A stretch of 64,000 nucleotides of DNA from an uncultured Verrucomicrobiota bacterium. Lineage in GTDB: Bacteria > Verrucomicrobiota > Kiritimatiellia > CAIKKV01 > CAITUY01. The notes under the pieces are model-generated. The model saw only the letters and a program-made list of their open reading frames with translations, was not told the origin of the DNA and searched no databases. The stretch spans positions 2,762 through 66,761 of the forward strand of contig CAZDUS010000004.1 of assembly GCA_964508705.1 (NCBI GenBank), read 5' to 3'. The position numbers and the translations under genes were made by a program. Positions 35,401-45,559 of the stretch are shown here, piece by piece (position 1 is the first letter of the stretch; each line of letters begins with the position of its first letter).

Positions 35401-36924
35401 ATGAATCAAGGACTCTCAAAATTTAGATCCCAGCGCCTGCGAGACAGATTAAAGGATTCTAGCTCGAGAATTCGACCCAATGTCGATCATTGGTCCCGCC
35501 AACCAGCCGTAGGAATCGTTATTGGTCTTTTTTTATGGTTGGCATCCTGTGCACTCCTTCATATGGCGGATACGAGCATGCAGGCGGTCAAAACCGCAAG
35601 CATCTCGACTCTTGTCTACAAAAGTCTCCTTCTTCTTATAAGCACCTCCCTTGCCGCCCTGATTCTACGTATGCTCGACCCAGTACTCTTTTCCAATAAT
35701 TCCCGTATCCTGCTCATTGCCATGGGTTGTCTTCTCACCATCCTGCCAGCGGGATTTCTCAAATATTATTCCGGGCAGTATCCCTTGCTCTCCAATACCA
35801 CCGTATCTTTGCTTATACCGTATCCCCTCGCGCCGCTGCTCGCCGGACTGCTTCTGGGCACCCCAGCCGCCATGGTCGCCGGTCTATGGGTAATTCTTGC
35901 GTCCATGGTGTTGCTTGGATCTAGCACTACAACTCTATTCGTGGGTCTTGTCGCCACCGTCACGGTATCGCTGATGGTTCCTCAGGTTAGACGCAGGACT
36001 CAAGTAATCCGGATTGGACTTGTCACAGGTCTGCTCCAGTCCATTCTGGTTTTTTCCCATCTCAACCATTTGCCGCCAGATTGGGACAGCATCATTCAGG
36101 AGGTGGTTTTTTGTGTAATTGGAGGGGTCAGCGCATCTCTCATTGTCGTAGTATTCCTTCCGCTGTTTGAGTCTCTTTTCGGAATATCGACCACCATCAC
36201 CCTGCTCGAACTCTCTGATTTAGGGCACCCCTTGCTTCAACGATTGGCCTTTGAAGCGCCGGGAACATATCACCATAGCTTGATGACGGCCAATCTCGCG
36301 CATGCGGCCGCAGACTCCATCCAAGCCAACAGCATTCTCGCGCGGGTCGGCGCATATTTCCACGACATTGGCAAGCTGACCAAGGCAAAATATTTCACAG
36401 AAAACATTCAGTCTTCAGAAAGCCCTCATGACGAACTTACGCCCAGCATGAGCGCACTCATCGTGATGGGGCATGTTAAGGAAGGGTTGAGCTTGGCTAT
36501 GCTGCACAAGCTCCCGCGGGAAGTTATGGATATGATTGAGCAGCACCACGGCACTGCTCTGGCGGCCTACTTCCATCACAAGGCCGGACAGCAAGTTCAA
36601 GCGGAGTCAAAAGAGTCTGGCAATCGAGCAAAGCCACCCCCCGTTGATGAATCCAACTATCGCTATACGGGTCCACGACCTCTAAGCAGAGAGGCCGCCA
36701 TTGTCATGCTGGCTGATTCGGTGGAAGCGGCCTCCCGATCCCTGGAGAAACTCACTCCGAATCATATTAAGGAATTGGTGGATCGCCTGGTCGATAAGCG
36801 TTTTGAGGATGGCCAGCTAGATGACTGCGAAATGCAATTAGCCGAGCTGGCCGAGGTAAAAAAGGCTTTTGTTTCCTGCCTGACGAATATGCTCCACAGT
36901 CGAGTTTCATACCCTAAACCATGA
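35401..36924 (+). CDS. 7TM-HD membrane phosphohydrolase (PgpH/YqfF-like HDIG protein)
   Basis: Seven TM helices followed by an HD domain (YHHSLMTANLA..., GAYFHDIGK). Followed by ybeY with an ATGA overlap, as in many genomes. Confidence 0.8.
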   Translation: MNQGLSKFRSQRLRDRLKDSSSRIRPNVDHWSRQPAVGIVIGLFLWLASCALLHMADTSMQAVKTASISTLVYKSLLLLISTSLAALILRMLDPVLFSNNSRILLIAMGCLLTILPAGFLKYYSGQYPLLSNTTVSLLIPYPLAPLLAGLLLGTPAAMVAGLWVILASMVLLGSSTTTLFVGLVATVTVSLMVPQVRRRTQVIRIGLVTGLLQSILVFSHLNHLPPDWDSIIQEVVFCVIGGVSASLIVVVFLPLFESLFGISTTITLLELSDLGHPLLQRLAFEAPGTYHHSLMTANLAHAAADSIQANSILARVGAYFHDIGKLTKAKYFTENIQSSESPHDELTPSMSALIVMGHVKEGLSLAMLHKLPREVMDMIEQHHGTALAAYFHHKAGQQVQAESKESGNRAKPPPVDESNYRYTGPRPLSREAAIVMLADSVEAASRSLEKLTPNHIKELVDRLVDKRFEDGQLDDCEMQLAELAEVKKAFVSCLTNMLHSRVSYPKP

Positions 36925-37382
36925 ACGTTGCCATTATTAACGATTCAAGCATCCGGGTGAATGTACGTTTGATGAAAAAATTAACGGAACTATTTCTGTG
37001 CAAGGCATCAAAACAGGCTAAATGCTACTGGGGCGACATATCTCTGGTTCTTCTTGATGATAACGGAATTCAAGCCATGAACCGTTCATTCTTAAAGCAT
37101 GACCACCCAACAGATGTCATCAGTTTCTCTTACGATCCTGTTCCCGGTGAGTCCGTCGCCGTATCTGGCGAAATCCTTGTTAATGTTGAAATGGCCCTGC
37201 GCTTGGGAAGACGTTTTAATGGCTCCAAACGGGAATTAGCCCTCTATATCGCACATGGCTGCGATCATTTAACCGGAGCTGACGATGCCTCCGAGACTGA
37301 CCGCCGCCGTATGCGATCCCGTGAGTTACGCTGGATCAGGATTGCTGACAAGGAAGACCTCATTTCAGGACTACTTCCATAG
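36921..37382 (+). CDS. ybeY: rRNA maturation endoribonuclease YbeY
   Basis: DVISFSY and IAHGCDHLTGADD (metal-binding His motif region). 153 aa, conserved position after the 7TM-HD gene. Confidence 0.8.
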   Translation: MNVAIINDSSIRVNVRLMKKLTELFLCKASKQAKCYWGDISLVLLDDNGIQAMNRSFLKHDHPTDVISFSYDPVPGESVAVSGEILVNVEMALRLGRRFNGSKRELALYIAHGCDHLTGADDASETDRRRMRSRELRWIRIADKEDLISGLLP

Positions 37383-37396
37383 GAAGCGGCGCGCCC

Positions 37397-38152
37397 ATGA
37401 TCTCAAAGACCCACGGCATCGCTCTGCGCATAGATCCATTTTCAAAAACATCACATATCATTTCCTGGTTAACCCCCGACAAGGGTCGGATATCAACGCT
37501 TGCGAAGGGAGCAATGCGGCCAAGAAGCGCCTTTCTGGGCCAATACGACCTCTTTTACACCTGCGAATTGGTGTACTATCCTGGCACACGAAGCGCTCTG
37601 GGTATTCTCAAAGAGTGTAGCCCCGTGAATCACCGTGATGGCATGAGAACCCGATGGAAGTCCTTTCTGGCCGCATCTTATTTCGCGGATGTTCTTCATC
37701 GAATCCCCGAAACAGACGCACCCAATCTTTCCTTGTATCGTTTTGCTGGTCGTATGTTTGATTTTTTGGCAAAGCAGGACTGCAGTGTTAACGCCCTGTA
37801 CTGGGCAGAGTTAAAACTCCTATCAATGCTTGGGGTTGGCCCTCGTCTTCTCTCATGCGTCGCTTGTGGCAGTAGCAGCATCCCTGTCTCAGGTCCAACT
37901 TCGTTTTCAATACCTAGAGGAGGCTTGATATGCGATTCATGTCGCGTGGGAGCTAAAGATGAAATTATCCCAGTCAATCAAGACACCCTTGCCATGCTCA
38001 GACAATGGCAACAGGCCTCAACTCCATTAATTGCAGAACGTACCGCATGTTCTGATCACCAGAATGGCATGATAGACAAGATCCTCACCAACTTCATGAC
38101 CTATCATGTTGAGTCATCAACCTCTCGATCAGTTGCCCTGGCAATGCTATAG
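37397..38152 (+). CDS. recO: DNA repair protein RecO
   Basis: OB-fold N-terminus (HGIALRIDPFSKTSHIISWLTPDKGRISTLAKGA) and a zinc-finger cysteine cluster (CVACGSS...CDSC). Confidence 0.8.
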   Translation: MISKTHGIALRIDPFSKTSHIISWLTPDKGRISTLAKGAMRPRSAFLGQYDLFYTCELVYYPGTRSALGILKECSPVNHRDGMRTRWKSFLAASYFADVLHRIPETDAPNLSLYRFAGRMFDFLAKQDCSVNALYWAELKLLSMLGVGPRLLSCVACGSSSIPVSGPTSFSIPRGGLICDSCRVGAKDEIIPVNQDTLAMLRQWQQASTPLIAERTACSDHQNGMIDKILTNFMTYHVESSTSRSVALAML

Positions 38153-38182
38153 AAATCCAGAAGGTGATTACGGCATAAAAAA

Positions 38183-38204
38183 AGGCGTCTCAAATGAGAC
38201 GCCT
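38183..38204 (-). terminator. Intrinsic terminator hairpin at the end of the long minus-strand array
   Basis: AGGCGTCTC-AAAT-GAGACGCCT forms a perfect 9-bp stem. On the minus strand it is followed by a run of seven T (38176-38182). Lies 23 nt after the PEP-CTERM gene stop and convergent with recO. Confidence 0.8.
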
Positions 38205-38226
38205 AAAGGTACTACTAACCGTGATA

Positions 38227-38910
38227 CTACGCTTTTGCAATTCGAATCTTCAACTGCCCTATCAAACCAGCAAATCTATGCCTGAACGTCATTCCCAAGG
38301 ACAATACCACAGCTAATATCATCCACACCGTCTCAGGCTCCGGCACAGCAAGCGTTAGATTGTCAAATTTATATATTACTTCACCCACTGCAGTCCCGGG
38401 GTTCATAACGTAGATACCCAACCATGTCGCATTATCCAAATCTGAAAGAAAATTCGCTTCAGATCCGCCGTTAAAGGGGTTCCATGATGTAGCCCCTAGC
38501 CCAGCGCTGAATGTAGTCACTCCAGTCGCTGGAATGCTGTTAACGTTCCAAACGTAAGTATAGTAGTGACCATTCCCTGATCCAAAATACAACGCAAGGG
38601 CGTCAGGTGCGGTACCCGTTGTCTCAAGCTCAAAAGTAACAAACTGATAGAGGTTTAAATTGGTGGTTATATTGTCAGACGGCGCGACAGATGTCCGTAG
38701 AAAACCAGCCCCCGTAAAACCGAACAATGATACAGCCACCTGTCCATTATCCCACGTGGCAAAGCCGTCATCCGTATCACTTCCGTCATAGGAACCAACC
38801 CATCCCGCCATATCTGATTCCCACGTTTCTTGAATGATCGGCACAGCGCTTAATTCAACACACTGCAACATGCATGCGCCAGCAACTATGGCATAAATCC
38901 AATTTTTCAT
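38227..38910 (-). CDS. Secreted PEP-CTERM sorting-domain protein
   Basis: N-terminal signal peptide. C-terminal VPEPETVWMILAVVLSLGMTFRHRF (PEP motif, then a TM segment, then basic residues). Confidence 0.8.
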   Translation of the reverse strand: MKNWIYAIVAGACMLQCVELSAVPIIQETWESDMAGWVGSYDGSDTDDGFATWDNGQVAVSLFGFTGAGFLRTSVAPSDNITTNLNLYQFVTFELETTGTAPDALALYFGSGNGHYYTYVWNVNSIPATGVTTFSAGLGATSWNPFNGGSEANFLSDLDNATWLGIYVMNPGTAVGEVIYKFDNLTLAVPEPETVWMILAVVLSLGMTFRHRFAGLIGQLKIRIAKA

Positions 38911-38929
38911 TATATCACCCCGTTACATC

Positions 38930-39925
38930 CTACTGCTTGTCAATCTCAACCTTAAACGCCTTAAACTCGCTCCCATTTTCATCTGCGGCAACCCAAGCAT
39001 TCCCTGCAGCCTTACTGCTGATCTGGGATTCCACAACTTGGAACCCGTTGCTCTCACCTGTTAAATCGCTGGATTCGAATACCGTAAACTTTCGATAATC
39101 CACATGCTTCCACTTGACTACAGGCTTCCCATTATCATCGGACGCAATCTCAATTCGGAACATGGAGTTGGAATCCTGTGGGTTAGTTCCTGCAATATAC
39201 TCATCGTGGTTGCTCATGCCATCCCTGTCAGCATCGCCATCAGCGTGTCCTGTAACAGCGTTAGTAAACCCATTCTGCTGTAGCCAATAGACAGGCATGT
39301 CATCTGCCGTAATAGGACCTTTTTCCCAAGGCCCCACAAGCTTGAAGTTGTCGATATAAATGCTGCCAGCCGCCGTTTCTGTCCGTCCATCATTAATGAC
39401 TGAAACCTTTGTAACCGTCGATAGTTTGTTTGAAAATGTATCTGGATCAACACCCCCCCAAGCACTACTGTACCACAGAGGAACTTCAACATGCATAAAC
39501 ACGCCCGTCACCGAAGGTAGCTGGAATTGCTGATCAAATGTAGTCCCATCTTGACAGGTAAGCCTCACACGCGTAGCTCCATTAATTGCACCTGCCTTCA
39601 TGACATCAAAAGCAACTTTATCAACAGCAGAGTTGATGAAGTTGCCAACAAACATCCCTGCAGAAGCCGCTCCGTCCGCATATACACCGCCCTGCAAATC
39701 AGGGTATGGCGGAGCGTTTACCAAGGCATTAAACTTAATCACTAATGATTTATTTAGGTAGGCCTTTGGCGCATCGAGTGGTTCAGCTTTCCATTTAGCA
39801 TCGTTGGTCGACCAAGCTTCGACAATATTCGCCACTGGTTGATATGGAACCACATCAGCAAGGACAACTCCTGCCATATGCGCCACCATTGTCGCCACTA
39901 AACTAACTGTTAATCGCATTTTCAT
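38930..39925 (-). CDS. Secreted protein with an acidic calcium-binding-type (thrombospondin type 3-like) motif
   Basis: Signal peptide MKMRLTVSLVATMVAHMAGVVLA. Motif DGDADRDGMSNHDEYIAGTNPQD. ATG at 39925 with GGGGG upstream is preferred over the GTG at 39952. Confidence 0.6.
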   Translation of the reverse strand: MKMRLTVSLVATMVAHMAGVVLADVVPYQPVANIVEAWSTNDAKWKAEPLDAPKAYLNKSLVIKFNALVNAPPYPDLQGGVYADGAASAGMFVGNFINSAVDKVAFDVMKAGAINGATRVRLTCQDGTTFDQQFQLPSVTGVFMHVEVPLWYSSAWGGVDPDTFSNKLSTVTKVSVINDGRTETAAGSIYIDNFKLVGPWEKGPITADDMPVYWLQQNGFTNAVTGHADGDADRDGMSNHDEYIAGTNPQDSNSMFRIEIASDDNGKPVVKWKHVDYRKFTVFESSDLTGESNGFQVVESQISSKAAGNAWVAADENGSEFKAFKVEIDKQ

Positions 39926-39961
39926 AGCTACCCCCAAATTCATCCACATCACCCGCCCATC

Positions 39962-41764
39962 TCAAGGCGTCCATGTTGTATTTGCCGAACTTTTCAAGTA
40001 CACACCGTCTCCAGGATGCATATAATACCACCAATCCGACGGTATTGCCGCATCCCCAGTATTGTAATCTCGCCAGACATTCTGAGTATCAAGATATAAC
40101 CTCACAGTGCCATAACCCTCCCTGAATCGGTATATCTCATCAGCTGTGGCGGCCATCGGATTATCAGAACCAACCAAACCTATGGCCGACGTCAAATCCC
40201 AGGTGGAATTCGAAGTGCTGTAAGGCCAACAAATAAAATTCCATCCGCTTTTCAAACTCACAGACACCGGTTGATCTGAAGGACATGAGCCCGCAAATAC
40301 CGCTGTCGATCCTGCCCCTCCACGCCGCCGAATCATCACGCCATGCCCAGGCGAAACTGCATCAGTTGCCTCACCCACCGGAGCCAACGACGCGTCCGCA
40401 TACCACTTTCCATCCCGCAGATATCGAGTCACAGCCACAGGATTGTATATGGTTACCGAATCGGCCTCGCTATTGTTGTTTCCTCCCGTAAGTCCCCGCG
40501 CCAAATGCTCCCCTAGTGTCGAATTCAGGGTATTCCCAGTTCCGTAGTCAACAGGAATACCAACCCAGTAGTACCGCAGCGTATCTGTCCGCGGTTGCTG
40601 GTGAAATAGATAGACTTCATTGTTCGTTACCGCAACTCCTTCAGGACTTACAGCCACCACGCGGTAGAAATAACGAGTTCCCCTGCTTGACAACGCATTC
40701 GGGTCGACGAGCCAATTAGTCTCACCATTCGGCCCGGTGTCAAACGTTCCTACAACGCCAACCGATCCGCTAAAGTTTGGTCTGGTTGACCCCTGCACAA
40801 TACAAGATCGATTTGAACCAACAGAAAACGTCAGCAAAATGGACGAGGCATTTGTTAAATCGGCCTCCACGATCCCCGGATCCGAAGCGTTAAATACATA
40901 CTGCTCAATGTTCGTCCCCCCTGGCTCATCAGGACTTTTCAAATCTGGATTCGAGCCTAGTTTTGACTCGTTTGCATTGGAGATGCCATCTCCATCACTA
41001 TCTCCCGTGCCTGTATTTGCGGAATTTATCATTCCAAAATACATCAATTCCCACGCGTCATACATGCCATCGCGATCATCATCCACCGTTAAAGATGCCG
41101 GCACGCGATTAGTCACCAACACTTCATCCACCCAAGTGATATTAGAGGACCCACCGCCACCATTTTCAACGCTGAACCAGTCATAATTACCCACCCCTGA
41201 AGCGATAAATCCTTTGTTCGTTATGACAGGCCTCCCATCCACTAGGAAGGACCACTCTTTTGCGCTGTAATTATGGTAAACACTTACTCTATACCAAGTT
41301 GTTCCGTCGTTTCGAACAACATGATTCGTACCCCAAATGTCAGTTGCCGGTACGTTCGTTACAATAACCCCACCCTGCCCGTACACAACAGCCCAAGCCC
41401 CATTGCTCACAAAAAACATTGCTGACAAATCGGGTTCCGCCACAGGCGTCAGGCCAGGCGAATAAGGCCTTGGTATAGTCCAAAAATCGGTCCACACCTT
41501 CTGCTCGCTAGCCAAAGCCACCGCATTCGATAGTGTTGTAAAAATCGGCACAGCTGCAGCAAGTGATCCGGAAGACCCTGAACGGTTCGTCTTGTTTGAA
41601 ACCATTACAGAGGCATGAGACGCGCCCCATGGGGCTCGCCCTGACTGCAAACTAGTCCCGCTGCTGGAGTCTTCAAAACCATCATTCACAAAAGACCCCA
41701 TGGCAACTTTACCGCCGACAAGGCATCCCGCTAACATCCCCAAGATAAAAACTGCCTTTCTCAT
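39962..41764 (-). CDS. Large secreted protein with two acidic calcium-binding-type motifs
   Basis: Signal peptide MRKAVFILGMLAGCLVGG. Motifs DDDRDGMYDAWELMYFG and GDSDGDGISNANESKLGSNPD. No other family recognised. Confidence 0.6.
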   Translation of the reverse strand: MRKAVFILGMLAGCLVGGKVAMGSFVNDGFEDSSSGTSLQSGRAPWGASHASVMVSNKTNRSGSSGSLAAAVPIFTTLSNAVALASEQKVWTDFWTIPRPYSPGLTPVAEPDLSAMFFVSNGAWAVVYGQGGVIVTNVPATDIWGTNHVVRNDGTTWYRVSVYHNYSAKEWSFLVDGRPVITNKGFIASGVGNYDWFSVENGGGGSSNITWVDEVLVTNRVPASLTVDDDRDGMYDAWELMYFGMINSANTGTGDSDGDGISNANESKLGSNPDLKSPDEPGGTNIEQYVFNASDPGIVEADLTNASSILLTFSVGSNRSCIVQGSTRPNFSGSVGVVGTFDTGPNGETNWLVDPNALSSRGTRYFYRVVAVSPEGVAVTNNEVYLFHQQPRTDTLRYYWVGIPVDYGTGNTLNSTLGEHLARGLTGGNNNSEADSVTIYNPVAVTRYLRDGKWYADASLAPVGEATDAVSPGHGVMIRRRGGAGSTAVFAGSCPSDQPVSVSLKSGWNFICWPYSTSNSTWDLTSAIGLVGSDNPMAATADEIYRFREGYGTVRLYLDTQNVWRDYNTGDAAIPSDWWYYMHPGDGVYLKSSANTTWTP

Positions 41765-41964
41765 ATATTCACCTTCCCCCTGAAATTTACATATTCACCA
41801 AAAAGCTCATGGTCCTTTATCGGAAATCTACTATTTTTACTGTACACATTATCTTATAGTGATCTGATGTCGTCAACCGTAATTGCATCGCTACAAGTCA
41901 AAGATATGTCAAATTTCCTTGCCGAAACCATCGCAGACGAACCAAACGCAAGCAGGAAAAACAC

Positions 41965-42513
41965 CTAAAGGGTAACAACCTTTGACACCCTAAAACTAGC
42001 CTTGAGGCTACCTGTCCCAGCCGTCTTCGCAGAATCAATCGTAAGCGTCTCTGCTATAAGCACTTGAGAAGAAGACTCTACCGCGTGTAGAAATCTAATG
42101 ATAGACTCCATCTCCGCTTCCACTTCTAAATCAACCTCGTATCTTTCACTTTCCTTATCAATAACAGGCTCGCGTGGCTTCGTTGCTGATAAGGTTACAC
42201 CTACCCCAGAGGCAATTTTTTCAATTTCAGACATCATGGCTGCGTTTTCTTCAGCGGAAGACCCCTTCTTCTTGATGATTTCACCATACTCCGTATACCC
42301 CGCAAGTACTGCGCTTTTCGCCGAGGGAGTCAAAATTTTCAGATTTCGCCGGACTTGCCCCTCTGCGCCTTCGATGTTCTCGGCAATTCTCTGAAAATTT
42401 CCTCGCACTGGGCCAAGACCAATGACCACACCGACGAGAATAGCAAGCGCTGCACCGCCTATAATCACCCACTCTTTCCCGCTACTCGGCATCCATTTCG
42501 TCAGCAACTTCAT
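41965..42513 (-). CDS. PilO/GspM-like bitopic assembly-platform protein
   Basis: Single N-terminal TM segment (WVIIGGAALAILVGVVIGL), a coiled segment and an alpha/beta C-terminus. Its start overlaps the stop of the PilMN-like gene. Confidence 0.5.
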   Translation of the reverse strand: MKLLTKWMPSSGKEWVIIGGAALAILVGVVIGLGPVRGNFQRIAENIEGAEGQVRRNLKILTPSAKSAVLAGYTEYGEIIKKKGSSAEENAAMMSEIEKIASGVGVTLSATKPREPVIDKESERYEVDLEVEAEMESIIRFLHAVESSSQVLIAETLTIDSAKTAGTGSLKASFRVSKVVTL

Positions 42514-43952
42514 TTGCTCTTTCCTTCAATATCAGCAACCACCTCAAATTCCGTCTTTTCCTTGCCTGTTGAGGTCCGCGTACTCTTGACATTCATAAAA
42601 AGAGGAGCTTTCTCTAACGCATCCACTAATTTCAAAATATCGCCCACGGTCTCCGCAACACCACGGCAAACCATCTGTTTATTTCTGCCAATCTCAATTG
42701 AAGTAAAGCTAACTTGATCGCTCGCGACCTGATGCAATTCAGTAAGGCATCGGGCCAAAAGCATCCGATGCTCAAGTCTAGCGGCCACCAATCCCAATTT
42801 CTTTTGTTTGGACTCCACTTCGCCTGCCAATGTCTCGGTTTCTGAAATAATCTGATTTAATGCAACCAAATAGGCGTCTCGGCGACTATATCGACTCCCA
42901 ATCCACATTGATAATAAAGCAAGAATCAACATTACGAGAACAGCACTTAACGTCAAACGACTTGCCTTAAGCGCAACAGCTTTACGAAGGCGCATCGACT
43001 CTGGCATCAGATTGATCTGTAGACCGCTATGCGCCATGGCAGCACCTAACAAGCCGGACACTGACATCTCGTTCAAACGTGAGTCATCCGGCATCATGTC
43101 CACCTTGGCCACCCCTGCCAAAGGCGTTACAGTCATGGTTAGCCCCTCCTGCAACCGACTCCCTAACCTGGCGATTTTCCCCGCAGGCCCCAGAAGGACT
43201 AGCCGTTCAACACTCCCTCCAACATTTTCATTCCTGTAGGTTTCCAAAGCGCGCACAACCTCTTGCAGGAGATCACTTTCGGCCTTTTCTCCATTAACCG
43301 ATAGTTCTTTCAAACCAATCGGCACACTTCGACTAAACAAGGGCAATCCACGCTGAGCCACCAATAAATCAGTGTATGAGGAATCAACATCCAGATAAAC
43401 GATTTGCTCGGGGTACCCCAAACTCATTCCGCTTCCTTCCCCTTCCACGGCGCTTAACCATCCATCCGTGGTCACTGTCACGCGCTCAACCGACAATCCG
43501 GAATCCTCAATGCATCTCAACCTCTGCCTAACTGTCCCCGTCTGGGCAATTACCAGGAATACACGGGTATAGCCCTGCTTGTCGGAATCCACTAAACGAT
43601 AATCAAAAACAATCTCCTCGCGCGAATATGGAGTTTGACGGGCAATCTGGAGGTCGATCATATCTGAAATTTCAGAAAGATCACCAGAGGGCAAATCAAA
43701 CAATCTCACGTTGACCGCCTGTCTCGGCAGACAGACAATAACTGGCAGCCCTTTTAAATCAGGCACTCCCATGGACTTCAAAAAATCAGGCCCATAGAGC
43801 GTTTCTACTTCGTCGGCTTTCCTGAGAACGACTTTTTTGATCACCGCCCCATGTGAACCATTGACCACATGGATAAGCTTAAACCAATCGCCCCCAATCT
43901 CAACGACCACAACGTCTCGCCCGATCAAAGATGTTTGGGTTTCAGTCTTCAT
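42510..43952 (-). CDS. PilM-PilN fusion (GspL-like) assembly-platform protein
   Basis: Actin-like cytoplasmic domain (VVVVEIGGDWFKLIHV..., ...VYLDVDSSYTDLLV...). Central TM segment LTLSAVLVMLILALLSMWIG. PilN-like periplasmic part. The start at 43952 is preferred and 44033 is possible. Confidence 0.6.
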   Translation of the reverse strand: MKTETQTSLIGRDVVVVEIGGDWFKLIHVVNGSHGAVIKKVVLRKADEVETLYGPDFLKSMGVPDLKGLPVIVCLPRQAVNVRLFDLPSGDLSEISDMIDLQIARQTPYSREEIVFDYRLVDSDKQGYTRVFLVIAQTGTVRQRLRCIEDSGLSVERVTVTTDGWLSAVEGEGSGMSLGYPEQIVYLDVDSSYTDLLVAQRGLPLFSRSVPIGLKELSVNGEKAESDLLQEVVRALETYRNENVGGSVERLVLLGPAGKIARLGSRLQEGLTMTVTPLAGVAKVDMMPDDSRLNEMSVSGLLGAAMAHSGLQINLMPESMRLRKAVALKASRLTLSAVLVMLILALLSMWIGSRYSRRDAYLVALNQIISETETLAGEVESKQKKLGLVAARLEHRMLLARCLTELHQVASDQVSFTSIEIGRNKQMVCRGVAETVGDILKLVDALEKAPLFMNVKSTRTSTGKEKTEFEVVADIEGKSK

Positions 43953-44982
43953 GCCAATACAAGAACCTCCGCGCTCTTCGATCCCACACAAAAGAAATTC
44001 CCACCTGACTGGCACCACGACCAGCCACCACATACCCTCTAAAACGATCCGATGTCACGGTAGCCAAGGAAGCCAGGCCACTGAAAGCACCTTGCTCGTC
44101 AGCCGGCAAATCCAGCCTCTCTCCCGTCTCAGCAAGAGCCCCCCCCCCAGACAATGTTCTGAAAATACCCCCTCTTTCCCTGAACTGCAATATCTTCCTG
44201 ATTACCCCCCCCCCGTTATACCCCTTTGCCGCGAATAACACCCTCAACACCTCTGGATCGGCAGTGTTGATATTTATCCGAGTCCCTCCATATACAGTAA
44301 TATAGGGGAGGATTCTATTAAAAGTGTCCCGCGACATACCTTCAATCCACAACAATTCATAAACCGAAAGAAAAGGCCCGTTTTTCAAATCTGGTCTTTT
44401 CCACGCCGATCGAGACATGGGTGTTGAGCCCTGCCCTTGGGGAGTTTGCACCCTGGAATTCACAATATCTTTCGCTATTTCTTTCGCACGTCCCTCCCCA
44501 ATTCCCCCCACCAACCGAAACAAGGAAGCCAGAACATCTTCCCTGGCGAAATTAATATCAATTCGCCCCCCTTCGTCGCAAAACCCGTAATTTGTCACCA
44601 TGGCGCCATCAGACCGTTTTACATGATAAAACGCGGTCCAAGCCACCCTCACCCCCGAAGACACATCATTAAATTCCTCCGGATCGCTTGCCCATCGCTC
44701 ACTTAAAGCCTCCCACCCATTGGTTTCTTGAATCAAGAGGGATAACCCGTGATTGACTCCCGCCAATGCTGCTTGCCGTGAACTTATCTGACCACTACAA
44801 CGACGAGCCACTTCGATTTGTCCCCCAACATAAGCCGCCACAGCCGCCGCCAACGCTGCCAAAAGAAACAGCGTCCACAGAACCACAATTAAAATCCCCC
44901 CTCTTTCGCCAGCACTGCTACACGCCGGAGAGCTGTTCTCAATGCAGGAGATAACCCTTCTCTTATTTCCGGGAACGCTCAT
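43942..44982 (-). CDS. gspK: GspK-like minor pseudopilin
   Basis: Hydrophobic N-terminus ILIVVLWTLFLLAALAAAVA. Its size and its position after the J-like gene fit GspK. Confidence 0.6.
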   Translation of the reverse strand: MSVPGNKRRVISCIENSSPACSSAGERGGILIVVLWTLFLLAALAAAVAAYVGGQIEVARRCSGQISSRQAALAGVNHGLSLLIQETNGWEALSERWASDPEEFNDVSSGVRVAWTAFYHVKRSDGAMVTNYGFCDEGGRIDINFAREDVLASLFRLVGGIGEGRAKEIAKDIVNSRVQTPQGQGSTPMSRSAWKRPDLKNGPFLSVYELLWIEGMSRDTFNRILPYITVYGGTRININTADPEVLRVLFAAKGYNGGGVIRKILQFRERGGIFRTLSGGGALAETGERLDLPADEQGAFSGLASLATVTSDRFRGYVVAGRGASQVGISFVWDRRARRFLYWHED

Positions 44983-45559
44983 CTTTTACAAGGTTCCTTC
45001 TCGGCAGGATTAGTGTCTGCTGAATGGCACAAGGTTTGCCGCCCTCTTGAAAACCAACTCCGATCTTAACAGCCACTGGCAAATTTGTCCGTCCCTCACC
45101 TTCCCACTGACGCCCCCACACGACAGCCCCCATCCCGTCTTCGCCCGCATCTCCATATAGGAACGAGATTTCGTCTATCCCTGACAACAACATCTCGTTA
45201 GCCACGGTTATGTTGCCTGCCTCGCTTAATACTCGCGTAATTCTTTTCATACACCCCTGGCCGACTTCATATCGGATAACCCCTGGCCAGAAATTTGAAT
45301 TTCCCTGATCAATAACCGACGGGATCTCAATCCACGAAGCAGAACCCATAAATGGTGTAGCCCGGCATAATGTCAGATTACTCAAATCTTTTCGCACCAT
45401 GGACGTTGCTAATCGTATGCTCGTCCTGGCTCCCGCGGCGTCTCTGGCGCGCTCCCACACGCGTATTCCCGCCGCAAAACCACCAACAATCACAATTGAA
45501 GCAACGACAACAATAGCCGTCACGATAAGCAACTCAAGGAGCGAAAAGCCTCTCTTCAT
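44963..45559 (-). CDS. GspJ-like minor pseudopilin
   Basis: MKRG/FSLLELLIVTAIVVV prepilin leader. The ATG at 45559 overlaps the upstream stop (ATGA). Confidence 0.6.
   Translation of the reverse strand: MKRGFSLLELLIVTAIVVVASIVIVGGFAAGIRVWERARDAAGARTSIRLATSMVRKDLSNLTLCRATPFMGSASWIEIPSVIDQGNSNFWPGVIRYEVGQGCMKRITRVLSEAGNITVANEMLLSGIDEISFLYGDAGEDGMGAVVWGRQWEGEGRTNLPVAVKIGVGFQEGGKPCAIQQTLILPRRNLVKDERSRK

Noticed and set aside
43953-44033. Longer PilMN ORF start (MWWLVVVPVRWEF...).
   Set aside because: It would overlap gspK by 92 nt and adds a non-homologous hydrophobic peptide. PilM-type proteins begin close to the ...VVVEIGG... strand. The call remains uncertain because the SD for 43952 is weak.
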